Shown here in pieces: positions 21,001 to 29,120 of a stretch of 64,000 nt of DNA; positions within the stretch are counted from its first letter, which is position 1, and each line of letters opens with the position of its first letter. The position numbers and the translations under genes are program-made. Below the pieces are notes generated by a model, which saw only the letters and a program-made list of their open reading frames with translations, did no database searches and was not told the DNA's origin. Source of the DNA: a virus. Its lineage: Duplodnaviria; Caudoviricetes. The stretch is from positions 40 to 64,039 of the IMG/VR virus record IMGVR_UViG_3300042015_000154. One strand, 5' to 3'.

Positions 21001-22636
21001 CGATCAGCTGGCCCAGCAGCTGGCGGGTCTCCGGGCGGGCGGCCGCTTCGTCCGGCGACCAGTCCGGCTTACCGAGGCGCTGGGCGATCACGTCCTCGAT
21101 CTGGGTGGCGACTTGGTTGTATTCCTCGCCCGCCTGCAGGAGCGTCGACTCGCGCTGCATGGCCTGTCCACGCACGCGCTCGCCGGTCTCGCCCAAACCC
21201 CGCAAAGACGGGGGGAGCAGGTCGCGGTCGGGCGTACGCTCGACTTGGAGCACTTCTGCCCGGTTTACCTCCGGGGATCCGTCGATCGACAGGGCGGCGG
21301 CGATGTCCGAGTTCTCGATCGGCGCGGCGTTCGAGCGGCTGGCGCCAAACGCGCCGAACAGGCCACCGCCCAGCGCGGCCTGAATGCCCTCGTCGATGTT
21401 CGCGTGGGCCATCGGGTCGGCGTTGCCGATGCCTGTGGTCCGCGCGCCGGCGGCCTGACCGAGCATGGTCTCCAGCATTTCCTCCGCGCCTGCGCCTACG
21501 CCACCGATCGCCGTGCGCCCCGAGGTGCGTGCGATCGAGCGCCCGATGCCGGTCTTGCGCGCGGCCGCGTCGACGGCGGAGCCCATGATCGCCTTGCGCA
21601 CGCCCATCCGGGCCAGCAGGTTGCCGGCCAGCTTGCCACCGACCATTGCCTCCGCGGCACCCAGCAGCGATGCCGTGCTGCCCGCTGCGCGTGCGCCTTC
21701 GATAGCCACCTGACGGACCGCTTCGTCGTGGTCCATGTTCGGGTTTTCGCTGACGATCTTCCGGTACAGCGGGCTGACCTGTTCGAGCTGGCCGGGCGAC
21801 ATCTTCTGCATCGCGTCGGTCGCGGCGTCGTAGAAGTCCGTCGCCTGCTCGCCGAACGCGGCCAAGCCACCGGTGGCGGCGAGGCCTGCGCCGGTGATCG
21901 CACCGGGCAACGCGCCTGCACCGCCGGTGGGCGCACCGCCTGCCACTGCGCCGACGACCACGCCCGGCACCGCACCGACCGCCGTGCCGCCCACGTTGCC
22001 CGCCGTCTCGCCGAGCGCGTTGATGAAGCTGTCGATGCCGGAGTACCAGCGGCCGCGCGACGCCTTCAGCTGGCCGATGGACTGTGCGTTCTCATGCTCG
22101 CCCTGTGCACGCGACCACGCGTTCGACGGGTCGTCGTTGCCCACCATCGCGTCCATCGCGCTGGCGATCAGGCCGAGCGTCGTCTTGCCGCTGGAGATCG
22201 CCTCGCCCCAGAAGTCGCTTTCAGTCGGCACCGCTTCGGTGTCGCTGACCAGCTTCTGGTGGCTGTAGGGGCGGAAGCCCTTCTGCTGCAGCGAGGCCAT
22301 CGTCTCCGACGACATGCGCGGCAAGGGCTGGCCATCGTCGCTCTTCAGCGTGGCCAGCTGCAGGATCACAGGTGCGGTGATCTTGACCACCTGCCCGTTC
22401 GGCAGGGCGATCTCGCCTGTTCGCGCGTTCATGGCGAATTCGGCGGGGCCGAACTCGTCGCTGCCTGTGGTGGCCGGCTGGCGGATCGTCGTGTCGATGC
22501 TCGCGGTGCTGCGATCGACACCTTCGCCGTATCGCTGCACGCCTTCGTCGAGGATCCGGTTCGCGTCGTCGAGGCCCACTGACCGACGGATCGGTCCACG
22601 CTTCAGGTCGAGGGTCGGATCGTTCCAGACGGCCAT
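15011..22636 (-). CDS. Very large internal virion / DNA-ejection protein of polyvalent type (zincin HExxH and PLxRFG motifs)
   Basis: 2541 aa; last gene of the structural operon; LAHEYGH...FHEW and YFPLMRFGDW; GAGG RBS. Confidence 0.85.
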   Translation of the reverse strand: MAVWNDPTLDLKRGPIRRSVGLDDANRILDEGVQRYGEGVDRSTASIDTTIRQPATTGSDEFGPAEFAMNARTGEIALPNGQVVKITAPVILQLATLKSDDGQPLPRMSSETMASLQQKGFRPYSHQKLVSDTEAVPTESDFWGEAISSGKTTLGLIASAMDAMVGNDDPSNAWSRAQGEHENAQSIGQLKASRGRWYSGIDSFINALGETAGNVGGTAVGAVPGVVVGAVAGGAPTGGAGALPGAITGAGLAATGGLAAFGEQATDFYDAATDAMQKMSPGQLEQVSPLYRKIVSENPNMDHDEAVRQVAIEGARAAGSTASLLGAAEAMVGGKLAGNLLARMGVRKAIMGSAVDAAARKTGIGRSIARTSGRTAIGGVGAGAEEMLETMLGQAAGARTTGIGNADPMAHANIDEGIQAALGGGLFGAFGASRSNAAPIENSDIAAALSIDGSPEVNRAEVLQVERTPDRDLLPPSLRGLGETGERVRGQAMQRESTLLQAGEEYNQVATQIEDVIAQRLGKPDWSPDEAAARPETRQLLGQLIALEQQAREQGMNPAYERGYGQGAPQPLGQPQEQAPVFAGQPSLQGPAFGDGTAPAPASVPQGEPPAPNLNERRAAQSMRQQDRLAQSEQNPQALPQPESRSIEQEIFDLEDQLDDARAVFDQRGGNRGRSMQNRAMAAEIQRLEAALADAEQRWQAAKEGEPTGVAPGAAVEPVAAPVEPAAAPAAVEVSEPIAPPGEVAPTGDRPMGVAPPPIENPVPMSPEEAASRQQTQRLRRGKAGAAPGVTTPAAEAVVATSEQQVSPSTPEPAEDIAAQLDALADPESARDAVFVASGNEAQIPSQLPPGAQRVTRAGVGTLITTDPAKAKAFRMKRMTDDSIAKLVGYSEPKAKALRKGAKVVQAKTPTGAVAAEQLASDVPAATKAVKRLAPKGAKVEVTTPEKAQARRSMAKPKEPSTPAKKTLKRKAKDEDERPGRKDNDTSTRAERAMARAEKPAQAPALPAADTVERATTRKPEEVRGKDNKRIKLPTRLTTLTGRKGAEVDLRVQAIDEDARYLVGQAMDGQTLSAVDRAKVEAAATAFDQMDTMLDAAVSAAEDKLRTVVADSPDGAAFEREATKRQLELEHTAKQGERGRPRERPKTSPIAYLPLVVSEARGFLRVMRAEAKAELASGYFPSQSTARQMITAISPALDNVLENELQGKQILKVIAGQTDAQLEATLQSTYQRIQDSTVAKQVMRGATEVAHAIRRAENDTIGSRIPDMADHESQDKQPHATELGEIPAAVKGLVNDWVRQFEKGGNKFSAPVTVMSVKDAMRYFPGAFKNGRIPNGKFIRQTDAANKTTNYVLAVDWPRFKFEGAAIEVLAHEYGHMVSTELFGRADPRTQRAIDRAYSAWLKLQQGRSVDDILKDHMPGIERAVYQGGATNRAYAESFHEWAARNAALYLLDPNRPHLGAVEKFFKKIADVMRAIYAAVTGTPKPDAAWAEALDRWVNGTLVLSEMPRVPGTNYDHAEFADDSEPAARAGTNLLARTATNALAPLRSMMSGEATMADVQEAMQPVVKSRSAEQLKRFGLSLMTLRQIERQYRDTPLGPALSGWVRNQQLKAKTAKATMEDGSKWMEQANQLDARVRTTLEKVMYQSTHFKVHPELPITDKANAHLLRGSQDVVTVQQKRYTGVADLYTAMVKADPKTAEIYAGLRNAFTSLHEKTLEKMIENVSTANFSDKAKDQIIKRIKHQQAEMREGPYFPLMRFGDWRVTVQLPAFYVGQGGKEGGEFFDTKTEARDEMRNQRALNPGASIRVERTPEGKYLVRVFQKGVYFFESAAAAHAARADIESEVREHYMANNVDFDEAGEAMPEGEDGEKSPIISNPTGNRDDYADTRRASPEFMQEVRTLVSDNKLDPEIAAVLERLAIESLPENNYRQSLLPRQNVFGASKQMLRAYAHRYQGAAHHYSAVEHGAQINKNWQAAWEKAKTYEPTARVLNSLASNQKAIAARMADNVGNRVMNTITEASSLYSLGFNPAYVLTNSLQPWTVALPTIAGLTTPGGQSIGMAKAAKYMKDAYAGALPFFTKRGFSDFINETKGLMGKKGNEQTLQETAEDIVERFGKTDSEKKMLKSLLERGTLDFSWLSSLEDAMASGTASQKWSNLQRMGMAFPQQVEAMNRVTTALAAYRLAKDERIVDPTDETLLQQFADDMVADTQLDYSRMNRPLAFNKLGLNVILQFKLYMQGMYALFARNAALAMRGKTPEERKQGRRTFAYLMATHAAAAGAAGLGPAAWLAKMALLAFAAMSPDDEDDWKSGEQLLKDLLQDTFGEYGGTVAEKGLPAVLGVDMSDRIGIPVLADSRFANIKEGDNAGQTMDKWVIYGLGAPYSNAKRVVAGTAAAANGDFSSAVNGLPAAARSVARSMKWAREGIVDKDGDTFVPPSELGWGNLAINTLGLTPLATSRAYSDRTELKQTSARIINERRRLMQAARTGEDVADEIREFNANAPRPFRISQDQIAKAKEAKRDREGGGLRKDEAAVKKLLGQ

Positions 22637-22672
22637 GTTTTTAACCTCAGGGGTGGAGCCCCCGAGGGGGCT

Positions 22673-24886
22673 TTACTGTTGCGAGCGCATGAAGTCTGCC
22701 GCAGCGCCATAGCGCTTGTACAGGTCCGCCGCTTCGCGGTCGGTCTGGGCGGTGACTACCTTCCGGCGCAGGGCCTGCGCAGAACCACGGGTATCTTCCG
22801 TGGCGCCTTCCATCCGCTCCCGGGCCGTGTCCAGCTCGGCCGCCAGTCGATCGCGCACCGCCTGCTGGGTAGCCGTCAGGTTCGGGCTGCCCACGGCCGG
22901 CACGCGCGGATCCACGACACGGCGGGGGCCGCCGCCCTTGAAGTCGGCGTCGAACCGCTCCAGCGCCTGCTTGGCGGCGTCGTAGGTGGCGCGAGCGTCG
23001 TCCAGCTGGCCCTTCGCCGCCAGCACGCCCTCGCGCGAGATCCCGCGACGCGGCGCGGTGGCAACGGGCTTGCGGAGCGTGGCGGGGGCCGGACCCTCGT
23101 CGCTACCGCCGGCGACCACGTTGCCTCGCGAGGCGTCCATGATCGAGCCGCGCTGGGTGTTGCCCGTCTCGAACTCGGCCATCGCTTGCTGTAGGCGCGG
23201 GATGTCGGCCTTCGACAGCGAGTCGCCCGGACGCACGCCCAGACGCGAAGCCACGTAGTTCACGTAGTTGCCCGTGCTGCCCGCCTGATTCGTCGGGTCT
23301 GCCTGTGGCGACCACGTGCCCACGATGTCCTGCACGGTGGTGAGCGGCTGGCCGGTCGTCTTGCCGTCCATGTACCGCTCCAGCTGCTGCGCCTGCGCGG
23401 CGTTGCCCGCCTCCGGGGTGCGGAAGCGAGCGAAGCGGCCATCGCTTCCGAGGTAGTCCGGGTTGTCCCGGAACTGGCCGCGGTCTTCGATGTTTCCCGG
23501 GTTGTTGTTGCGCTCGCCGCGGGAGCCACCGCCGCGCGAGATCCCCGGCGCTGGGCGGCCGCGCTCCTGCGACTCGAACGAGTTCAGCAGTTCGAGCTGC
23601 GTGCGGATCGCGTTGGCCTTCGCCTCGTAGTTGCCCTTCGCCATTTCGCGACCGAGCGCGATTACCGTGCGCTGGATGTCGTTGCGGACGGCGCGGTCCA
23701 TCGCGCTGGCCGGCACGGGCTTGTTGTCTCCCGTAGTGACCACAATGGTACCGCCCGCCTCGCCCTTGCCCGGATCCGCCGCCACGTTGGTCTTGACCAC
23801 GAAGGTCTCGCCGCCGACGCGCACCATGTACGTGTTCGGCTCGGCGCCGATCTCCTGCAGCTGCCAGCCGCCCGAGCCGCCGGAGTCCCCGCTGCCGATC
23901 ACCTTCGTGAGCAGTTCCTTCGGCAGATCCGTCGACTCCGACAGCTTCTGGATCGCGGCGATGCGCGCCTCGCTGTACCGCGTGGCGGTCGCGCTGTCGG
24001 ACTTCTTCGAGTCGGCGATGTTCTGCAGGCGCGTGTTGTACATCGACTGCACCGCTTCACCCGGCTTCTGCGTGAACGAAGCCAGCATCGAGTTCAGCTC
24101 TTCGACGTCGCCCGGATCCTGTGGGTTGAGCGAGCCGGTCGCTTTGCCGTTCGTGTAGATGGTCCACACGCCGTCCTCGCCCACCTGCACGTCGGTGTCG
24201 CCCAGCTCCGGCACGTTGTTCTTCAGGTTCGCGAACATACCGCGCACGCGATCGGGGCCCGCGACTTGCGGGTTGGTGAAGGCGCGCTGCAGCTGGTCGG
24301 CCACCGCAGCGGCCGCCTGCAGGCGGAACGTCGGCGCGGCAGCCTGCTGCGCGTTCGCACCCTGCACGTCGCCGTAGCGCGCGGCCACGCCGGCGAGACC
24401 CTGCGCGCCACGCCCCATGTCGTAGGTGCCGTCCGGGTTCATCGCGCCGCTGGTGGCGGCCACCGTGTCGCGCGCGAGCGCTGCGTTCTGGGCGCCCTCG
24501 AAGTCGCCGCGCGCGGCCGCGTTGCGCGCAAGGATCCCCTGTCCGCCGCCCACGTCGCCCCTCACCAGCGCCGTCGCGGCTTCGCGCTGGCCCAGCCGGC
24601 CGATCTCGTCGCGCAGGTTCGCGCCGTACTGCTGATCGAGCGTCTGGCCTCCCCGGGTCATGATGCCGCGGCGCGTGGCGCCCGAGCGCTCAGCGGCTTC
24701 GCGCAGCGCGGTCTCCATCTCCGGCAGGAACGAGTCGATCGGCACCTGCTCGGTGGCAGCGCGCTGCTCGAACTGCTCGCGGATCTTCGCCGCCCGGCGC
24801 TGGAAGCGCATCGTGGCGAAGTCCTCGCCGATGGCGCGACCACTCGCGTAGCTGCTGCCCAGCGTCTCGCCCCATGTCTGTGCCAT
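22673..24886 (-). CDS. Internal virion protein with lysozyme-like (RNNNPGNI) domain
   Basis: RGERNNNPGNI...FARF.TPEAG...WSP..D..N..Y motif set typical of virion muralytic domains. Confidence 0.75.
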   Translation of the reverse strand: MAQTWGETLGSSYASGRAIGEDFATMRFQRRAAKIREQFEQRAATEQVPIDSFLPEMETALREAAERSGATRRGIMTRGGQTLDQQYGANLRDEIGRLGQREAATALVRGDVGGGQGILARNAAARGDFEGAQNAALARDTVAATSGAMNPDGTYDMGRGAQGLAGVAARYGDVQGANAQQAAAPTFRLQAAAAVADQLQRAFTNPQVAGPDRVRGMFANLKNNVPELGDTDVQVGEDGVWTIYTNGKATGSLNPQDPGDVEELNSMLASFTQKPGEAVQSMYNTRLQNIADSKKSDSATATRYSEARIAAIQKLSESTDLPKELLTKVIGSGDSGGSGGWQLQEIGAEPNTYMVRVGGETFVVKTNVAADPGKGEAGGTIVVTTGDNKPVPASAMDRAVRNDIQRTVIALGREMAKGNYEAKANAIRTQLELLNSFESQERGRPAPGISRGGGSRGERNNNPGNIEDRGQFRDNPDYLGSDGRFARFRTPEAGNAAQAQQLERYMDGKTTGQPLTTVQDIVGTWSPQADPTNQAGSTGNYVNYVASRLGVRPGDSLSKADIPRLQQAMAEFETGNTQRGSIMDASRGNVVAGGSDEGPAPATLRKPVATAPRRGISREGVLAAKGQLDDARATYDAAKQALERFDADFKGGGPRRVVDPRVPAVGSPNLTATQQAVRDRLAAELDTARERMEGATEDTRGSAQALRRKVVTAQTDREAADLYKRYGAAADFMRSQQ

Positions 24887-26358
24887 CACGCATTCTCCCG
24901 GTGGTACTTGCTCACCATCTTGTCGAAGAACTCGATGCCCTTCGATGCCACGACATCCGCGGGGATGACGTACTCGCCTTCAGCGAGGTACGCGGGCAGC
25001 ATGTCGCGCGACTGGCGGCGCGGCAGTGCACCGCGTGCACGCTGGGGCCCGCCCTCCGCTGCATACACCGGCGGGGTCTGGCGCTGCATCGGGGCCTGCG
25101 GCATGTAGTCCTGCTCGGCCCAGACGTTGCCCGGGTCGTGCGCAGCCGCGTTGTCCACGCCCGCCTGCAGGCGCGCACCCATCGTGATGTTCGGCCCACC
25201 TGTTGGTGCGCGCGAGATCGGTGCACGTGCCATCGCGGCCGACGCCTCGCGGCCTGTGCCGCCGACGTCGCCCAGCAGTGCGCTGGCCAGCGGGAAGTCG
25301 GCGCGCGAGACCGCCGGGCCACCCTCCGCGCGGCGCACGGGGCCGCCTTCCGCCATCATCATGCCCGCAGCCATGCCGGCGACGGACATGATGTTGCTGA
25401 AGTTCTGTTGGCTTTGCTCCTGCCCGGCCTTCCAGCTCGACATCTGGTTCGAGAAGTTGCTGGACATCGTGTTGCCGGCGTTGCCGTAGGCGTTGCCCGC
25501 CGCGCCGAGGTTGTTGCTGCCCAGCCCCGCCCACGCCATCGGCGAGCCTGTGAGGTTGGACAGGTTGCCCAGCGCCTGCGAGCGGAAGCCCAGCGCAGTG
25601 GAGCCAACGCCGGCGCCGCCCGAGATAGCACCGAGCTGTGCGGCCTGCCCCGCCTGCCCGGCACCGAGTGCTCCCTGACCAGCGGCGCCGGCGCCGGCAA
25701 AGCCCTGCGTGGCCTGCGACGGCAGGCCCATACCCATGTTCACCGCATCGGCGCGCAGGGCGCGGCCGCGGTCTTCCACGCTGGTCCGGGCCTGATTCGC
25801 GGCCGCAGCCTGCTGCGCAGCGGTGGCCACGTTCTGGGTGTCCAGCAGCGTTGCGCTGCGCAGCTGCGAGGGGTCGAGACCCATCGAGCGCAGGCGACTA
25901 TCACTGTTCGCGCGCGCAGCTTCGGCGGCGCGCTGGATGTCGACTGTTGCGCGCGACGCTTCGGCCTCGCGGCGCTCGGGCGTGTCGTAGGCGTTGGCCT
26001 CCGCGATCATGCGGTCCTGCATCGGCAGGAACGTCTTCTCGTAGCGCTCGCGATCGCGCTTCGCGTAGTCCATCTGCAGGTTCATCGCATCGATCTGCGA
26101 CTGGCCTACCTGCTGGGCGAACTTCCGCGCTTCCTCGTCCGAGGCGAAGGCCTTGTTCTGGAACTCGAACAGGCGGTCGGCCTGCTGGCGCGCAAGGGCC
26201 AGCTCTTCCTTCGCGTTCTCCGACAGGAAGTCGAACTGCTGCTGGGACAGGCCCAGCTGCTGGCGCGCGATCTCGTTGGTCTCCTTCGCGATCGCCATCT
26301 GCGCGTTGGAGATCGGGGTGAGATCAGGAGCCTTCGGGGGCGGGCTCTTCTTTCCCAT
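24886..26358 (-). CDS. Internal virion / DNA pilot protein
   Basis: MGKKSPPPKAPD start, Gln/Ala coiled coil, Gly-rich region, C-terminal AYLAEGEYVIPADVV. Confidence 0.7.
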   Translation of the reverse strand: MGKKSPPPKAPDLTPISNAQMAIAKETNEIARQQLGLSQQQFDFLSENAKEELALARQQADRLFEFQNKAFASDEEARKFAQQVGQSQIDAMNLQMDYAKRDRERYEKTFLPMQDRMIAEANAYDTPERREAEASRATVDIQRAAEAARANSDSRLRSMGLDPSQLRSATLLDTQNVATAAQQAAAANQARTSVEDRGRALRADAVNMGMGLPSQATQGFAGAGAAGQGALGAGQAGQAAQLGAISGGAGVGSTALGFRSQALGNLSNLTGSPMAWAGLGSNNLGAAGNAYGNAGNTMSSNFSNQMSSWKAGQEQSQQNFSNIMSVAGMAAGMMMAEGGPVRRAEGGPAVSRADFPLASALLGDVGGTGREASAAMARAPISRAPTGGPNITMGARLQAGVDNAAAHDPGNVWAEQDYMPQAPMQRQTPPVYAAEGGPQRARGALPRRQSRDMLPAYLAEGEYVIPADVVASKGIEFFDKMVSKYHRENA

Positions 26359-26743
26359 GATGGCGTTCCTCGAAGGCTTCTAAGGTGAGGTTGTAGTGGA
26401 CGAAACCGTCACGATCCACACCGATGGGGACAGCCCCCAGCTTGCGCGTGACTATAACCGAAGGGAAGTTCAGGGGGTGGACCATGTGCTTGGTCACCCC
26501 CCGCTCCCGGAGCCACAGGTGGAGGATCTGGAAGGCCTCCACGGACGCCCGGATCCGCTCCCGGCGGGGCCACGCCGCGATGACGTAGCCGTTGATCAGG
26601 GCCATCACGCCCGACTGCCCGACCGGGTACACCTCCAGATCCACGGCGTTCTCATCGAGCCGGTCGATGGTGTCGCCGCGGCGCGCTGCCTCTTCCGACA
26701 GCAGCGCATGGAGCCGGTCGAGCAGCTGGCGCTCGTCGTTCAC
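26324..26743 (-). CDS. Hypothetical protein, possibly GNAT-like virion morphogenesis protein
   Basis: V.P.N.PS....RKLG resembles a GNAT C-terminal motif; position before the pilot protein. Confidence 0.5.
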   Translation of the reverse strand: MNDERQLLDRLHALLSEEAARRGDTIDRLDENAVDLEVYPVGQSGVMALINGYVIAAWPRRERIRASVEAFQILHLWLRERGVTKHMVHPLNFPSVIVTRKLGAVPIGVDRDGFVHYNLTLEAFEERHHGKEEPAPEGS

Positions 26744-26898
26744 TTCGGCTGACGCGGGCCGCTGTCGCCGTTGCCACCGCCACCGTAGGTCGGCGGCTTG
26801 GCGGCCTTCTTGGCGGCGCGGTGCTTGTAGTAGGTATAGGCGCCACCCACGACGAGGGCGAGGACGACGGCGGCAATCACGTAATCAAGGGGGGTCAT
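26740..26898 (-). CDS. Small membrane protein
   Basis: GAGGA RBS; MTPLDYVIAAVVLALVVGGAYTYYK has one TM helix. Confidence 0.65.
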   Translation of the reverse strand: MTPLDYVIAAVVLALVVGGAYTYYKHRAAKKAAKPPTYGGGGNGDSGPRQPK

Positions 26899-26908
26899 GG
26901 CAGGTTCC

Positions 26909-27418
26909 TCACAGGTTGTAGAAGAAGGTGACGCTGACGTTGACGTCAACGAACGCACTGGTGGTGCCATCGCTGATGGTGCAGCGATACACGCCAGATC
27001 TGGTCTGGTTCCGACCAACGCTGCCGTGGTGGAACAGGTTGCTGGCCGCGCTGGTCGACCAGCCGGTGAATGTGTCACCCGAGATGTGCTGCCAGAAGTA
27101 GGTGTAACCGCCGTTGCCGCCACCAGCGATCGCGTCCACCACGTTGGTGGAAATGCCCACCGTCGTCGGGCCAACCGGCGGCGGCGTGTAGTTGAAGGAA
27201 CCGCTGGCGTTACCCGACTTGCCGGCCGTGACGTTGGTATACCGCGCCGAGCCTGCCAGCTGCGACAGGTGAATGGGCAGGCCTGTTGGTACGTTCGCGT
27301 TGATCGGCGTGTTCGGCACGATGCCGGCGCCGCGTCGGAACGCAGACAGCGGCGTGTTGCTCGCCACGAGGTATTCGGCGCACACCTGTGTCAGCGTCGG
27401 GTTGGCGGGGACGGTCAT
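26909..27418 (-). CDS. Tail fibre-associated protein / adhesin tip
   Basis: Gly/Thr/Ser-rich beta protein following the fibre chaperone; GGAGG RBS. Confidence 0.6.
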   Translation of the reverse strand: MTVPANPTLTQVCAEYLVASNTPLSAFRRGAGIVPNTPINANVPTGLPIHLSQLAGSARYTNVTAGKSGNASGSFNYTPPPVGPTTVGISTNVVDAIAGGGNGGYTYFWQHISGDTFTGWSTSAASNLFHHGSVGRNQTRSGVYRCTISDGTTSAFVDVNVSVTFFYNL

Positions 27419-27891
27419 CAGGCTTCCTCCGGCGGCGGGGGCGTCTCAGTATACGGCTCGCCATTCCAGCCGAAGGCCCCCGGCTGTGGGAGCTGGGCGA
27501 TCACTTCCTCGATCGTCGGCACGGTCGGTGGCAACTGGCCGTTGAGGCCGTCGCGCCATGCGTACGCCGCCACCCACACCGCGTCGCGCCAGCGGATGAT
27601 CGCCTCAGCGTCCGCCTTGAACTCCGGCACGGTGCTGGTCGCGTACGTCGCGCACGACACCACGCTGTCGTAGCCCTTCTGGCGCGCGGTCATGTCCATC
27701 CACGCCTGCACGCCCGGAATCACCGCGGCGAGGATCGCCTCGAACGTCAGCCCGGGCGGCGGCAGGGGCGTGTTGCCCGCGGCCAGCCAGTCCTCGTACT
27801 CCGCCCACAGGCGGTGTCCGCGCGGGATGGTGGTGTTGGTGTCGACCAGCGTGATCAGGTCGGCATTGGTGGTCAACTGGTAGGTGGTCAT
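27418..27891 (-). CDS. Tail fibre assembly protein
   Basis: YEDWLAAGNTP and GYDSVVSCATYA.S...F..DA.A...WRDAVW motifs. Confidence 0.75.
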   Translation of the reverse strand: MTTYQLTTNADLITLVDTNTTIPRGHRLWAEYEDWLAAGNTPLPPPGLTFEAILAAVIPGVQAWMDMTARQKGYDSVVSCATYATSTVPEFKADAEAIIRWRDAVWVAAYAWRDGLNGQLPPTVPTIEEVIAQLPQPGAFGWNGEPYTETPPPPEEA

Positions 27892-29120
27892 AGCTCGCTA
27901 TCCAGATCGACGGTGGCGTTGGCGGATTGACCATCGGCTGCTTGCAATGAGCCCGCCTCACCCACCGTGCCCGAAGCCACGTTCGACAGGATCACTGCCG
28001 TTTGTGATGTGGCATCACTTACACCCGACGAGGTGACCGCAACCGCGCCGGTCGGCGTCAGGATGCGCCACGTCGACGCAGCCGAGACGGTGACGGCCGG
28101 TGGTGCGCGCATCTGCTGGAACATGAAGGGGGTGAAATACTGCAACCCGGTGCGACAGAACCCGAGGCCCATGTTGATGCGAAAGCCGGATTCACCGCCG
28201 AAGCGGCGGAAGAAGCGCTGGCACTGGATCAGGCTGATGGCGTCGGGCAGGAACTCGAAATCCGTGACCGTATCGCCGTCCTCGACCTGCAGGCATGCGA
28301 TGTCGACGAACCCGGTCGACGCGTTGGTCATGCCGCCGCTGCGCAGCTGGAAGTTAGCGTCAGAGCCCGCCGCGAACCAGAAGTGGATGAGCAGGCAGCT
28401 GTCGCCCATGTTGTGGACCTTGCCCAACATCGACGGCATTGTCACCGTGCGCGAGAAGCGCTGCCAACTGGTGGTCAGTTGATACTTCCGGTCGGCGTAG
28501 ATGTTCTCTGTTGCCGAGCCGCCGCTACCGTAGTTCAGAATGAGTTCCAGCGACATCTCGCGCGCGCCGGTCACCGTTTTGGCGTACCACGAGATCGTGA
28601 TCTGCTTGTTGGCGAAACGGCGCAGGTTCTCGATGCGCTGGAAATAAACGGTGTACGCCGTCGCGCCCGCATCCACCGTGTCGATCGAGCAGCGCTGGAA
28701 AAAAACCGGGTTCCCGGGCACGTCCGTCTGCCCCATGTCGAACGCTTGCCGGTTCGTGGAGATGTTGTTGAGGGCACTCGCAAAGGCCCAGCGATCTGCG
28801 CAATACCTCTGGCCGTTGGTGAACGAAGATACCGACGTGCCGCGCTGCCACCAGCGGTGGTGGCCATTGATGAGGTAGTTCTTGAACGACATGCCGCCCA
28901 GCGGGTCATCGCCGAACGCACGACCAGCGACCAGAACGCCATTCGCGTTGTACTGCAGCACGCCGGCATCGATCAGCTCGCCAAGGCGCACAGCGCTCTG
29001 CATGGGGTCGCCGATGCGGCCCAGCAGATTCATCGCCATGTTCAACTTCTCGACGGGCGCCTGCAGGTTGAGACCGCCACGCGCGGGCAGAAGCGAAGGC
29101 TTTTCGATCTTGAACGTCAC
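27888..29120 (-). CDS. Tail fibre / receptor-binding protein with carbohydrate-binding-like domain
   Basis: NYLING...WQRG...ADRW and QVEDG..TDFE...CQRFF patterns typical of phage tail proteins. Confidence 0.7.
   Translation of the reverse strand: MTFKIEKPSLLPARGGLNLQAPVEKLNMAMNLLGRIGDPMQSAVRLGELIDAGVLQYNANGVLVAGRAFGDDPLGGMSFKNYLINGHHRWWQRGTSVSSFTNGQRYCADRWAFASALNNISTNRQAFDMGQTDVPGNPVFFQRCSIDTVDAGATAYTVYFQRIENLRRFANKQITISWYAKTVTGAREMSLELILNYGSGGSATENIYADRKYQLTTSWQRFSRTVTMPSMLGKVHNMGDSCLLIHFWFAAGSDANFQLRSGGMTNASTGFVDIACLQVEDGDTVTDFEFLPDAISLIQCQRFFRRFGGESGFRINMGLGFCRTGLQYFTPFMFQQMRAPPAVTVSAASTWRILTPTGAVAVTSSGVSDATSQTAVILSNVASGTVGEAGSLQAADGQSANATVDLDSEL

Noticed and set aside
15812-22582. 2256-aa ORF on the + strand
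   Set aside because: Antisense shadow of the 2541-aa gene caused by high-GC codon bias; no RBS or motifs. The same applies to most other long overlapping ORFs (e.g. 6810..8651, 35875..37908)
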